DNA of 53,707 bases, from IMG/VR virus record IMGVR_UViG_3300031999_007842, positions 1-53,707 of that record. One strand, written 5' to 3'. The position numbers and the translations under genes are program-made. The notes below the pieces were generated by a model, which saw only the letters and a program-made list of their open reading frames with translations, ran no database searches and had not been told where the DNA came from. Each line of letters starts with the position of its first letter. Position 1 is the first letter of the stretch. Positions 1 through 8,762 of this stretch are shown piece by piece. The DNA is from a virus. Its lineage: Duplodnaviria > Heunggongvirae > Uroviricota > Caudoviricetes.

Positions 1-474
1 TTATAATCCCCACACAAATGTGAATCTAATCGTGATAGTCTTTCTATGGAGCATATGTTCCTCATCAAGAGGGACAGAAGTTATATTCAAGAACTCCACA
101 TCAAGAATTCCATAAGTAGTTTTCAGACCTTCCTTCATATTGTCAAGGTAATCAACTATTAAGTCAGAATATTTATCACGTAACTTGGTTCCCACATAAA
201 TGGTTCCAGCTGGGATTTCAGTTCTATCTTCTACCTTCACCCAAACATCTATATCATAGTCAACAGTGCAAAGCATACCCTTAACTCCTTCTCCTGTCCA
301 TTCTCCGATACCGATCTCAGTTAGAGAGCCAGCTATATTTGTAATGGAGATACGTGGAAAGGTTGCATCCATTCGAGGGTAATCTGAGTATATCCAGTTT
401 CCTGAAGTATGTGGATTAGGAATTGTTCCTCGAAGTGAGTCTACTATGATTCCTGTAAGATCAACCAACTGCAA
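1..474 (-). CDS. Putative tail terminator / tail-completion protein
   Basis: 157 aa; YPRMDATFPRISI...YDIDVW...HRKTITIRF pattern and position after the neck genes fit SPP1 gp17 / lambda gpU-like proteins; stop codon at 1-3. Confidence 0.55.
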   Translation of the reverse strand: MQLVDLTGIIVDSLRGTIPNPHTSGNWIYSDYPRMDATFPRISITNIAGSLTEIGIGEWTGEGVKGMLCTVDYDIDVWVKVEDRTEIPAGTIYVGTKLRDKYSDLIVDYLDNMKEGLKTTYGILDVEFLNITSVPLDEEHMLHRKTITIRFTFVWGL

Positions 475-1078
475 TTCTCTTTTCCCTCTTCTTTCTTGAA
501 GTTGCTAGAAATTCTTGTCTAAGGATTCTTGTTAGCATTCCTTTGTTACTATCAAAGATCTTTCCTATCCAGGGATTAGTTCTACCCCACTTAGTTTGAG
601 TAACCTTCTTGGTAACTACCCAATTCTTAGGTCCTCTAGTCCTTCCTGGACCATGACTAGCTGTTTTAGGATTCCTAAAGGTTTGGCCTCGCTTCAGAGG
701 AAATGTCAAGACCGATCCTGGTTTGGCAGTAAAGGATAATGGTCTGCCACTGGCACCATGATAAGCGTAAATAGCACTTAGAGCATGATAGGCTGGGTTT
801 CCTTTTATAGTTCCTCCTGGCACACTGATAGTTTTGTATTTGTAGCCTTTCTCACCAACTGAAGTTACTAGTTTGATGTGTCTTCTAATGAAGCCTCTTG
901 GATGCCTTTCATCTAGACTTTGACTTACTGGTGTCTGGGCTATGACTTGAGGATAAAGCGCTTCTTGCCAGCGAGAATAAGAATGAAAGACCACGTTCAT
1001 TGTCATTCTGCTTAAATTCTTGGGATACCGTAAAATTAACCTTGGTTTGAGTAGAGGTTTCCTAATAGTGGCTGGCAT
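461..1078 (-). CDS. Putative neck/tail-completion protein (HK97 gp10-like position)
   Basis: Basic 205-aa ORF between head-closure and terminator genes; assignment mainly by synteny. Confidence 0.4.
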   Translation of the reverse strand: MPATIRKPLLKPRLILRYPKNLSRMTMNVVFHSYSRWQEALYPQVIAQTPVSQSLDERHPRGFIRRHIKLVTSVGEKGYKYKTISVPGGTIKGNPAYHALSAIYAYHGASGRPLSFTAKPGSVLTFPLKRGQTFRNPKTASHGPGRTRGPKNWVVTKKVTQTKWGRTNPWIGKIFDSNKGMLTRILRQEFLATSRKKREKRIAVG

Positions 1079-1079
1079 T

Positions 1080-1457
1080 CTAAAGCACCCTCTTCATGAG
1101 AGCTTTCTTGTACCAGACTGACTCTCCATATGTGTAGTCTTCAATAGTGTCAATCCGCCAAGTCTTGCCACTCCAAGTTACTTCATCTTCCGAGGCAATA
1201 GTTATAGTCTGTCCCTTGATAGGGTAATCTGGAAGGAACCATCCATAGGCATCTCCTAGATTAACTGTTCCCTGGACAAAGAATGCTAGATCCTCTGATG
1301 TGATCTCTTGAATCTCAGCATTGAGTATGTAGGAAGTTCCAGAGTCTCGTTCCCTTTGGCCGTAGGCATCATCTCCATTTGACAATGTATACTTAGTTAG
1401 GGTTACCTTCTTCATTAGAAGTTTACCTAACTTGCGCCTTGGAGGGGTTTTCAGCAT
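1080..1457 (-). CDS. Putative head-closure protein
   Basis: 125 aa beta-rich ORF (VTLTKY...GDAYG...DEVTWSGKTWRIDTI) typical of SPP1 gp16-like proteins; synteny. Confidence 0.55.
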   Translation of the reverse strand: MLKTPPRRKLGKLLMKKVTLTKYTLSNGDDAYGQRERDSGTSYILNAEIQEITSEDLAFFVQGTVNLGDAYGWFLPDYPIKGQTITIASEDEVTWSGKTWRIDTIEDYTYGESVWYKKALMKRVL

Positions 1458-2050
1458 TGTAATCTCAGCCTCTCTTTCTCATGACAGTTAGCACAGAGAA
1501 GAGAATATTTCTTTTTCTGTGTTTTTATACTGGTTAAGACTTTGAGATAGTATGCTTCCTGAGTACGAGATTGTTTGCGATCTTGAGTGCCTCTTCCTTC
1601 TAGATGGTGAATGTGCCAACATTCTTTCTGAGAGTTAGAGCATTTCTCACAATGATTCCCCAAAAGACCCAAAATTTCTTCTCTTAGTTGAATACAATTC
1701 TTACTGGGTGGATTTTTAATCTCATTCTTTGCATGTCTCTTCTTCCAATTACAGTTAGGACATAGAAGTTGATAAAGTGATGATTGCTCTTTTACTTTCC
1801 TTAATCGAAAGAGAGAACCAAAAATCCTTCTTTCTGAATATCCACCTCCATACTTATGATCAATATGAAGAATACTTGTCTCTGCTTCTTGACAATGAGC
1901 ACATTTATTACCTAGCATTTCAAGCACTTCCTTTCTGAGCTTCAGATAAATTTCTTTCCGAACTTGACTTATTCTGGTTTTATTTCTTTCGTAATATACT
2001 TTGGAAAGATGCTTGACTCTAGTCTGATGCTGCAAATAATAATCTTTCAT
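1451..2050 (-). CDS. HNH endonuclease with two tandem HNH/Zn modules
   Basis: CAHC..HIDH..LCPNCN and CEKC..HIHH..LCANCH; ATG at 2050 preferred over the 2080 ORF start; overlaps its neighbours. Confidence 0.75.
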   Translation of the reverse strand: MKDYYLQHQTRVKHLSKVYYERNKTRISQVRKEIYLKLRKEVLEMLGNKCAHCQEAETSILHIDHKYGGGYSERRIFGSLFRLRKVKEQSSLYQLLCPNCNWKKRHAKNEIKNPPSKNCIQLREEILGLLGNHCEKCSNSQKECWHIHHLEGRGTQDRKQSRTQEAYYLKVLTSIKTQKKKYSLLCANCHEKERLRLQC

Positions 2051-2060
2051 ATAGGATTTT

Positions 2061-2756
2061 CTAGACTGTGTCTTTAACATTCTCTCCAGCCCCTTGATCT
2101 TCTATATCAAGAACTGTTCCAGGGCCCCTGAATCTAACAGAACTTCTAGCGGATATCATTATCTTCCTGTAGTTCACCAAGTCCATTGGAATCTCTATCA
2201 AGTGGAAGATCATTCGATTGAATTCAACTCTGAGTTTATCCCAAGGCTGCTTTTGTCTTACTTTAACATTTCCAATAGTTAGTTCTTCGGGGACTAGAAA
2301 TTCTTCCCTTGCGACCCAGAGCATGCCAGCATAATAGGCAGTAGCCATAGCTACTAAGTTCCAATCGATAGCACAAGTGTAATAGGAGTATGAAACAGTG
2401 ACCTTCTCATAGGCAGAAGCATCAGCACTTAATCTAATGATACCATTCTCTGGCCAAAGAGTTGATACTGTCAATGTAGTTCTAGTTGATATTGATTCAT
2501 CATCAACATAGCCATAAACAGTGATGTCAGAAGCATTGACTACTTTGTCAAAGTTCCTGTCTGCCAAATAAGGATTAACAAGTGAGATAGTGGTCCCGGT
2601 AACATCTAGACCAATCTCTTCCTCTTGAACTCTGACCTGGATATAATGAAGAATGATATTCTGAGATTTAGTTATGAACTCTTCCAGTATGTCATCGTGG
2701 GCATCATCAATCGTTAACCCAAGCAGATCTCTAATATCCTGAGGTGTTGTATACAC
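2061..2756 (-). CDS. Putative head-tail adaptor (connector) protein
   Basis: YTTPQDIRDLLG..DDILEEFITKS N-terminus like SPP1 gp15 / HK97 gp6; directly downstream of the capsid gene. Confidence 0.6.
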   Translation of the reverse strand: MYTTPQDIRDLLGLTIDDAHDDILEEFITKSQNIILHYIQVRVQEEEIGLDVTGTTISLVNPYLADRNFDKVVNASDITVYGYVDDESISTRTTLTVSTLWPENGIIRLSADASAYEKVTVSYSYYTCAIDWNLVAMATAYYAGMLWVAREEFLVPEELTIGNVKVRQKQPWDKLRVEFNRMIFHLIEIPMDLVNYRKIMISARSSVRFRGPGTVLDIEDQGAGENVKDTV

Positions 2757-2830
2757 GCTTTCTCAGTCCTCTTTCACTTTTTCACTTCTACATATATAGA
2801 GTTCGCTGAGAATATTTAAAGTTTGTTAAA

Positions 2831-2880
2831 GAAAAAAACATAGGGAACGAGATCCACAAAGGGATCCGTGCCCGGATCAT
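2831..2880 (-). terminator. T-tract terminator with GATCC/GGATC hairpins after the capsid gene
   Basis: Minus strand GATCCgggcacGGATC / GATCCctttgtGGATC followed by TTTTTTTC. Confidence 0.5.
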
Positions 2881-2908
2881 TCAGGTAAAGGCTAGCTTAA
2901 GGTTAAAC

Positions 2909-3940
2909 TTAGTCTACTGATCCAGCAGTTATGTTCACAATGACAGCCAACGCATCTTCGTCAGTAACTGCCATACCGTACTCCACATAGAAGTAGAGTT
3001 CGATAGAATCAGTTTGTGGGTTATCCCATCTCTTCATGTCTAAGTTGCGTCTAACGGCCATCCATGCGGCTCTGCTAGGATCTATTACCAGCGCTGCTCC
3101 ATTTGGCATCTGAGTTGTTACTAGAACTTTGAGACCAGATATCTTGCCGATCTCTCCATTTAGTATCGCCTCATTGCTACCATACTTAGAAGCATCTATG
3201 AACATCGTGCTCTTCAGTAATCCGCCCAGGACATCTGGGTGTATTACCAAGAACTTAGGTGCCCACTTGTTACCTCTAATTTTGATAACACCGGAAGCAA
3301 TGCTCTTGTATCCATCTACTGACCAGGTGTTTCCTTCAGCTAATGAATCAACAAAGCAAGCAGCTGACAATGCTGAACTATAGTAGGCGATTGTTGAACC
3401 ACCTGAGGCAATTATAATGCCATCTTTATAGTCTGCACTTGTGAAGTTAGTTGCTGTTTCATCCACATAGACCAATGGGCTGCCAATTGCAAATGTTTGT
3501 GCAACATTTGTGCTTGCCGTGCCTTCTGTGTATGACAGTAACGCCTTCATGATATCAGCATCTTCCTTATCTGCCAATGCAATACCTGCCTCTACCACCG
3601 AGTCTCTAATCAGGTTGAGTTCGCATCCCTCAATTGCTTCTTGAGTTATGTGGACAGCTGCACCTTTCTTAGTTGGCAGGATGGTATTAGCTACATAGGT
3701 TATACCTTCAAGAGTAAGGGTTGCCCCTTCGTTGACATCAGTAGCGGTTACAGTGCCTCTACGGCCTATAACTATAGAGCGTCCTTTGGTCCTAACAAGA
3801 TCTTCATTTATTTTGATCAATGCACGACCAAATCTGCGAGCTCTCGCTGCTTCCTCAACCTCATCTAGTATAACTCTAGGTACTAGGTCTGCAATGCTGG
3901 TTGTGTTCAATGTACTAGCCAGTTCTTCTATACTCTTCAT
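2909..3940 (-). CDS. Major capsid protein (HK97 fold)
   Basis: LVPRVILDEVEEAA, GRSIVI, ADKED.DI, FLVIHPD, EIGKISGLKVLVTTQMP, YGMAVTDEDALAVI; ATG at 3940 follows a GGTGA SD (ORF-track start 3976 is TTG). Confidence 0.85.
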   Translation of the reverse strand: MKSIEELASTLNTTSIADLVPRVILDEVEEAARARRFGRALIKINEDLVRTKGRSIVIGRRGTVTATDVNEGATLTLEGITYVANTILPTKKGAAVHITQEAIEGCELNLIRDSVVEAGIALADKEDADIMKALLSYTEGTASTNVAQTFAIGSPLVYVDETATNFTSADYKDGIIIASGGSTIAYYSSALSAACFVDSLAEGNTWSVDGYKSIASGVIKIRGNKWAPKFLVIHPDVLGGLLKSTMFIDASKYGSNEAILNGEIGKISGLKVLVTTQMPNGAALVIDPSRAAWMAVRRNLDMKRWDNPQTDSIELYFYVEYGMAVTDEDALAVIVNITAGSVD

Positions 3941-4005
3941 TTTCTCTTTCACCCTTATTGGTGTTCTAATATACAACGGAGTAATATTATATTTAAGACT
4001 TGTTC

Positions 4006-4278
4006 TTAGTCTTCATCGTTTTTAGAAGCAGTCTTTCTCTTGATAAGATTGTGATCTAGTGCATAGATGACCAATTCACCAAGATGAACTTCCTTGAGAT
4101 CCTCCTTAAGAGCTTCCTTGTCAATAGCTTCCTCTTGTGGCACAGGTTCTTTAGACATCTGAGCTTGGGACTTAGCTATTTCAAGTTTAGTCTTAGCTGT
4201 CTCTAATTCGATTAGAGCTTCTACAGCCTTCTGGAGATCCTTCACCTTATCTTCTAACGTCTTCTCTTCAGTTGACAT
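4006..4278 (-). CDS. Small acidic coiled-coil protein, possible scaffold
   Basis: 90 aa, heptad-rich, between protease and MCP; GAGG SD. Confidence 0.4.
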   Translation of the reverse strand: MSTEEKTLEDKVKDLQKAVEALIELETAKTKLEIAKSQAQMSKEPVPQEEAIDKEALKEDLKEVHLGELVIYALDHNLIKRKTASKNDED

Positions 4279-4339
4279 TCTAATCTACCTACCTCATTGA
4301 AATGGGGATTGTACTAATAAATGGGGAAATAGAGGGTAT

Positions 4340-6463
4340 TTATGGGAACTTCTTTTCTTTGTGCAGCTTGATCATCAGTTCTTCCCAATGGCCTTTGACG
4401 TACGCTTTGACTTCAGCCTCAGTTGGTTCTTTCTTCTCTTCGGGAGCCTCTTCCTTCACTGGTTCCTCAGGCTTTACTTCTGCTGGCTTTTCAACCGGCT
4501 TCTCTTCAACCTTTGGAATTTCTACCTTAGGAGTCTCAACCTTTGGTTCCTCTTTTGGAGGTTCGACCTTAGGTGGTTCTACTTTAGGCTCTTCCTTGGG
4601 CTTCTCTGGTTCCTTAGGAACTTCAACCTTAGGCTCTTCTGCCTTAGGAGGTTCAACTGGTTTCACTTCTTCAACCTTAGGTATAACCGGAACCGTTGGC
4701 ACGACTGCAGGTTCTGGTGCCTTAGGTATAGAAGCTTCCTCTTTCTTTGGACAATCCTTACATGGTTCTTCTGTCACTGGACTTTCCACCTTAGGAATAG
4801 TTGGTACTTCCTCCTTTTTAACTGTTTCAGCACTAAGTTTCACGAGTTTCTTTGCTTGTTCGTCGAAGCCTGCTGGAGGTGTTTCCATTGGACCAGGTTC
4901 CATATCAGTGAATTCGGTTGAACTCTTCTGCTCAGGAGCAGGATAGTTCTCCTTCTTCTCTATAGGGATGCATTTCTTCTCTTTCTCATCCCACATCTGG
5001 CCTTCAGGGCACTTGTATTCTTCCTTGGCTTTCTCTTCTGGCTTCTCTGCTTTCCACGCTTTTGCACATGCTTTCATCCTCTTGATCACTGGCATTGTCT
5101 TGCTTTCTTTCATGCATTTCTTCATAAAAGCTAGATAGTCTTTGGGTATAGCTAAGTCTTCAAGTAGCTCCTCTGCATCACTCATCTCTTCTTTGGCCTC
5201 TACACATTTCTTTTCTTTTTCATCCCAAACTTGTCCTTCGGGGCACTTATATTCTTCTGTCTTGGCCATTTCTTCTTTGGGAGCTTCTATGCATTTGCTT
5301 GTCTTTTCATCCCAGACTTGACCCTCCGGGCACTTATACTCTTTCTTAGCCAACTCTTCTATACACTTGCCTGACTTCTCATCCCACACTTGCCCTTCTG
5401 GGCATTTGTATTCCTCACTTTTCTTCTCTTTGTAAGGATAGCCTTTGTGGGGATAACCATAGTAGCCATAATATACTGCCTTAACTTTCTTACCCTGTGC
5501 TTTCAGGGTTTCAATCTCTTCTGGAGATTCTAGTTCTAGCAAGGCCCATAGGGATTTCTTCTCTGGTTTCTTGTATGGATAGTATTCATAGTACTTCTTG
5601 TCTTTGGCTTGATTCGCTGGGTAATACGGATAATAGGGATAACCTGGGTAAGGATATTTGCCTTTATAGCCGTATGGATAGTTGTAGCCATAGTAGTATG
5701 AGATCATTTTCTTCGATAATGTCTCATCGAAGTCTGTTAATGCATTCACTTCAACAACAGCGTACAGCTTTGGTTTTTCCATCTCTGAAAGATCCGTGTC
5801 TTCCTCTAGTTCCTCGATGACTTCTTCCTTTTCTTCTTCTTTCATCTTATTCACTTCTGTCTCAGTTATCTGAGTACTTTGATTTAAGGATTGCTTCTCT
5901 TGGCTCACTTTCTTACTAAGTTCCTCCACTGCGAAGATGAAACATTTCTCACACGCTGGAGTCCTCACCAAGGATAGTTCGTTGAAGTTAAAGTTGAAAC
6001 CTATACTCTGATCAGGATTGACCGGGAACTTGTCTACCCAAGTAGAGCAAGATACAGCAGGGAAGGTTCCATCCTTGACCAATACGATGGCAGTAGGATC
6101 AGTAACCTCTGCCTGGAAAACTATTGACTTGAGAGCTTTATCATAGTAAGCTAGTTTGACTTTGCCCACTGCAGTTCTTTCAAACTTCTCATCAAGACCA
6201 TGCTCAATCAATAGTGGTTTGCCAATTAAGTTGGTAGCAGATTTCTCTATCTCTTCTGCAGGATACAGGACATTCTTCCAAACTCCTTCAGCAAGAGCTA
6301 TTCCTGTTATAAGGAGTTTCCCTTCCTTCTCTTCCAATGAGAAGAATGGTGCAGATGAGAGAACTACTTCTTCCTTCATGATGTTCTTCGCTACCTTAAT
6401 CATACGTTCTAGTTCTTGACGTTCGGCACGAAGCTCTTCAAGTATTCCTGATGAATCGGACAT
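4340..6463 (-). CDS. Prohead maturation protease fused to a long repeat-containing scaffold-like tail
   Basis: N-terminal ITGIA..GKPLLIEH..PAVS..FNELSLVRTPAC protease domain; then Tyr-rich segments, four CPEGQxWDEK repeats and a P/E/V/K-rich linker; upstream of MCP. Confidence 0.75.
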   Translation of the reverse strand: MSDSSGILEELRAERQELERMIKVAKNIMKEEVVLSSAPFFSLEEKEGKLLITGIALAEGVWKNVLYPAEEIEKSATNLIGKPLLIEHGLDEKFERTAVGKVKLAYYDKALKSIVFQAEVTDPTAIVLVKDGTFPAVSCSTWVDKFPVNPDQSIGFNFNFNELSLVRTPACEKCFIFAVEELSKKVSQEKQSLNQSTQITETEVNKMKEEEKEEVIEELEEDTDLSEMEKPKLYAVVEVNALTDFDETLSKKMISYYYGYNYPYGYKGKYPYPGYPYYPYYPANQAKDKKYYEYYPYKKPEKKSLWALLELESPEEIETLKAQGKKVKAVYYGYYGYPHKGYPYKEKKSEEYKCPEGQVWDEKSGKCIEELAKKEYKCPEGQVWDEKTSKCIEAPKEEMAKTEEYKCPEGQVWDEKEKKCVEAKEEMSDAEELLEDLAIPKDYLAFMKKCMKESKTMPVIKRMKACAKAWKAEKPEEKAKEEYKCPEGQMWDEKEKKCIPIEKKENYPAPEQKSSTEFTDMEPGPMETPPAGFDEQAKKLVKLSAETVKKEEVPTIPKVESPVTEEPCKDCPKKEEASIPKAPEPAVVPTVPVIPKVEEVKPVEPPKAEEPKVEVPKEPEKPKEEPKVEPPKVEPPKEEPKVETPKVEIPKVEEKPVEKPAEVKPEEPVKEEAPEEKKEPTEAEVKAYVKGHWEELMIKLHKEKKFP
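4968..5416 (-). repeat. Four coding repeats EYKCPEGQ(V/M)WDEKxxKC
   Basis: Copies at about 5361-5416, 5289-5340, 5200-5257 and 4968-5024, with synonymous codon differences. Confidence 0.95.
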
Positions 6464-6465
6464 CC

Positions 6466-6825
6466 TTAATGGTCCTCCTTTTTCTTAAATCTTTTTTCCC
6501 AATTACAATTGGCACAGAGCAATTGATAATCTCGAGAACCTGATTGTAGTTTCTGAAAGATGAATTTCAAATAGGAATATCGAGAGCCTTTGAATCGTAA
6601 CCATTCTCTCTTTCCACCCCCATTGACATGATCAATTTGTAAAGCTAGACCAAAGTATCCGCATTTAGAACACTTATTGCCTAGAAACTGATGTACTTGT
6701 TCCTTTATTTTATCTTTTGATCTCTTACTATAGATTCTGCGTTGTTCCCTATGTTGAATATTATATTCTCTATTATGTTCCAAGACTTTAGATCGATTAG
6801 CGAGATACCATTCATGTTGGTTCAT
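6466..6825 (-). CDS. HNH endonuclease
   Basis: LGNKCSKCG..LQIDHVNGGG..YQLLCANCNWEKR; paralogue of the first module in 1451..2050. Confidence 0.75.
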   Translation of the reverse strand: MNQHEWYLANRSKVLEHNREYNIQHREQRRIYSKRSKDKIKEQVHQFLGNKCSKCGYFGLALQIDHVNGGGKREWLRFKGSRYSYLKFIFQKLQSGSRDYQLLCANCNWEKRFKKKEDH

Positions 6826-6867
6826 TAAACATCACTACCTTATTGAGGTTCATTTTCATATTTAAAG

Positions 6868-7344
6868 TTACTCTTCACCGTTCTCATCTTCAAGTATTTC
6901 CCAGAGCATCTTGGTGAAGTCTTTCTCTCCTCTGCACGAAAGCTGGAGTTCAAACCTCGAGCTTGAAGTTCCTAGGATTTCAAGTTTAGAAGATACAGAT
7001 TCACTCAAGTCTCCAGTTAGACTAACTAGTTCCTGCATATGATGAAGAGGAAATCCTTGTATTGGCTCTAAGATCTGAAAAGGTACAGCAACATTCCCCA
7101 GGACAGGTAATTGCAAGTCCCTAATTTCAAAGGGATTACCTGCAACTATAACAGGGATTTCTATTGGAATAGCTGGGTTCCCATCTACCGGAATTCTTCT
7201 AGTGAATTTCCTTCGTTCTCGTGGGATTAGTCTTCTAACTATCTCAACAATTTTCTCCTTGATCTCTTCGAGAATCTTTCTCCACCAAGGAGCAGCATAG
7301 AAGGTTTCATTCTTCATTGCACGGAAGAGAGGCCCACCTGCCAT
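6868..7344 (-). CDS. Hypothetical virion protein with periodic hydrophobic-x-Gly repeats
   Basis: IPVDGNP, IVAGNP, PVLGNV, PIQGFP, SLTGD, EILGT repeats; within the late operon. Confidence 0.4.
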   Translation of the reverse strand: MAGGPLFRAMKNETFYAAPWWRKILEEIKEKIVEIVRRLIPRERRKFTRRIPVDGNPAIPIEIPVIVAGNPFEIRDLQLPVLGNVAVPFQILEPIQGFPLHHMQELVSLTGDLSESVSSKLEILGTSSSRFELQLSCRGEKDFTKMLWEILEDENGEE

Positions 7345-8534
7345 TAAACTTCCTCTCTTTCATACACATCTGTTTCTGTTGGGAGACCTGCCTTGTCTTT
7401 CAAGTTAAAGATCTTGAGTGGAGTAAAACCATTGTCTTCATAGATAATCAACTGATTACTAGTTACTTTGAAACTATTTTCTTGGATCTTCCTGACTAGG
7501 TTTACTCTATCTCCAAGAGTAGCTGCAGTTGTATGGTTCCAGACATAGGAGGCAATCTCTTCCTTATCTGTTTCTGAAAGGCCAGAAGTCAAAACTACAG
7601 TAGCAAAAGATGAAGTGACAAACTCAGTATCAACTCTTCCTAGCTCAGGTGATACTACTCTAGGAGAGCCATCGTCAGTGATTGTAGTTCCCTTGAATGT
7701 CAGAGCATAGATACCAGTCCAAGGCTTAAGTTTCCACCCATCTTGAAGAATAAAGATCTTATCAGTAAAAACGCCTCCTCCTAGTTCAGCCTTTCCGACT
7801 GCTGCAAGAGGAACCGAATCATCGATAGCATTCTGTTCATCTGCCCAATCCATGGTTTCATTATATAATTCTTGCATTTCAATACTCTCGAAGGCTATAG
7901 AGACAGGAAAGTCACTTGTATAAGTCATTGTAAGTGTCCCTGAAATTACAAAAGTGGATCCAGACCAACTTACATAATCATAAATATCAGACGATCCTAG
8001 ATCCTCGAAACTTTCAGGAAGCATGAAATGGTACATTGCATCCTCAAGATCTTCATCAGAATCAGGATGGCCATATTGATAGACTGACTCCATTCGTAGT
8101 CCACATCTAAGACTAGCATGTAGACAGGCAAACACAATGTGTATTTCATCAAAAGGATCTTCTATACACTGCATCCACGTTGTATGATCATGAAAAGCAG
8201 AAGCTAGCTTTTCATTTATGTGATTGACAACTTCAGTTCGGTCAAGACAATTAGCATCAAGCTCGATGACATCTGGTCCACCGGCTGTAGTCTTGATTTT
8301 AAAGTGTTTAGGATTAGCTAAATAATCAAAGCCACTTGAAAAATCTCTGAAGCAATGGATCCGGGAGGTTGTTATCCCTAACCACAATTTCCCTGTCTGA
8401 GGAGCATCAGTAGGAATGGCTTCGTTTATAACTACTATGTTAGTGCCTTCGTCAGCAGTCTGAATTGATAAGTCCCAGGGTTTTATGAGTATCCATTTAT
8501 TGGTTGCATCAAACTCAATTGGCATTGATTTCAC
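7344..8534 (-). CDS. Hypothetical virion protein
   Basis: 396 aa ORF translationally coupled within the structural cluster. Confidence 0.45.
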   Translation of the reverse strand: MKSMPIEFDATNKWILIKPWDLSIQTADEGTNIVVINEAIPTDAPQTGKLWLGITTSRIHCFRDFSSGFDYLANPKHFKIKTTAGGPDVIELDANCLDRTEVVNHINEKLASAFHDHTTWMQCIEDPFDEIHIVFACLHASLRCGLRMESVYQYGHPDSDEDLEDAMYHFMLPESFEDLGSSDIYDYVSWSGSTFVISGTLTMTYTSDFPVSIAFESIEMQELYNETMDWADEQNAIDDSVPLAAVGKAELGGGVFTDKIFILQDGWKLKPWTGIYALTFKGTTITDDGSPRVVSPELGRVDTEFVTSSFATVVLTSGLSETDKEEIASYVWNHTTAATLGDRVNLVRKIQENSFKVTSNQLIIYEDNGFTPLKIFNLKDKAGLPTETDVYEREEV

Positions 8535-8746
8535 TTTTGCCCATTCTTGTTTGCCTTGATTATCTCAATATATCTAGAGAGCAAGGCAATCTGTTCTTTA
8601 GACTTGTCTATTTCAGCACCGAAGATCTTGATGTTCTCTCTATGCCTGACAATATCTTTTTCTAAAGCTTCTACATCAAAAGAGAGAATTTGCTCTAGAG
8701 GATGCTGGAGAGGGACTATTTTGCCGTCCTTTTCGTCCTTCACCAT
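8531..8746 (-). CDS. Small coiled-coil hypothetical protein
   Basis: 71 aa, overlaps the next gene by 4 nt (coupled); GAGG SD. Confidence 0.45.
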   Translation of the reverse strand: MVKDEKDGKIVPLQHPLEQILSFDVEALEKDIVRHRENIKIFGAEIDKSKEQIALLSRYIEIIKANKNGQK

Positions 8747-8762
8747 CTAATTCCTCTGAGAG

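Noticed and set aside
4302-4946. Plus-strand ORFs 4302..4946 and 4361..4921, and the other antisense ORFs across 1-37038
   Set aside because: Shadows of the low-complexity P/E/V/K region and of real minus-strand genes; S/G/F-biased, with no SD or domains.
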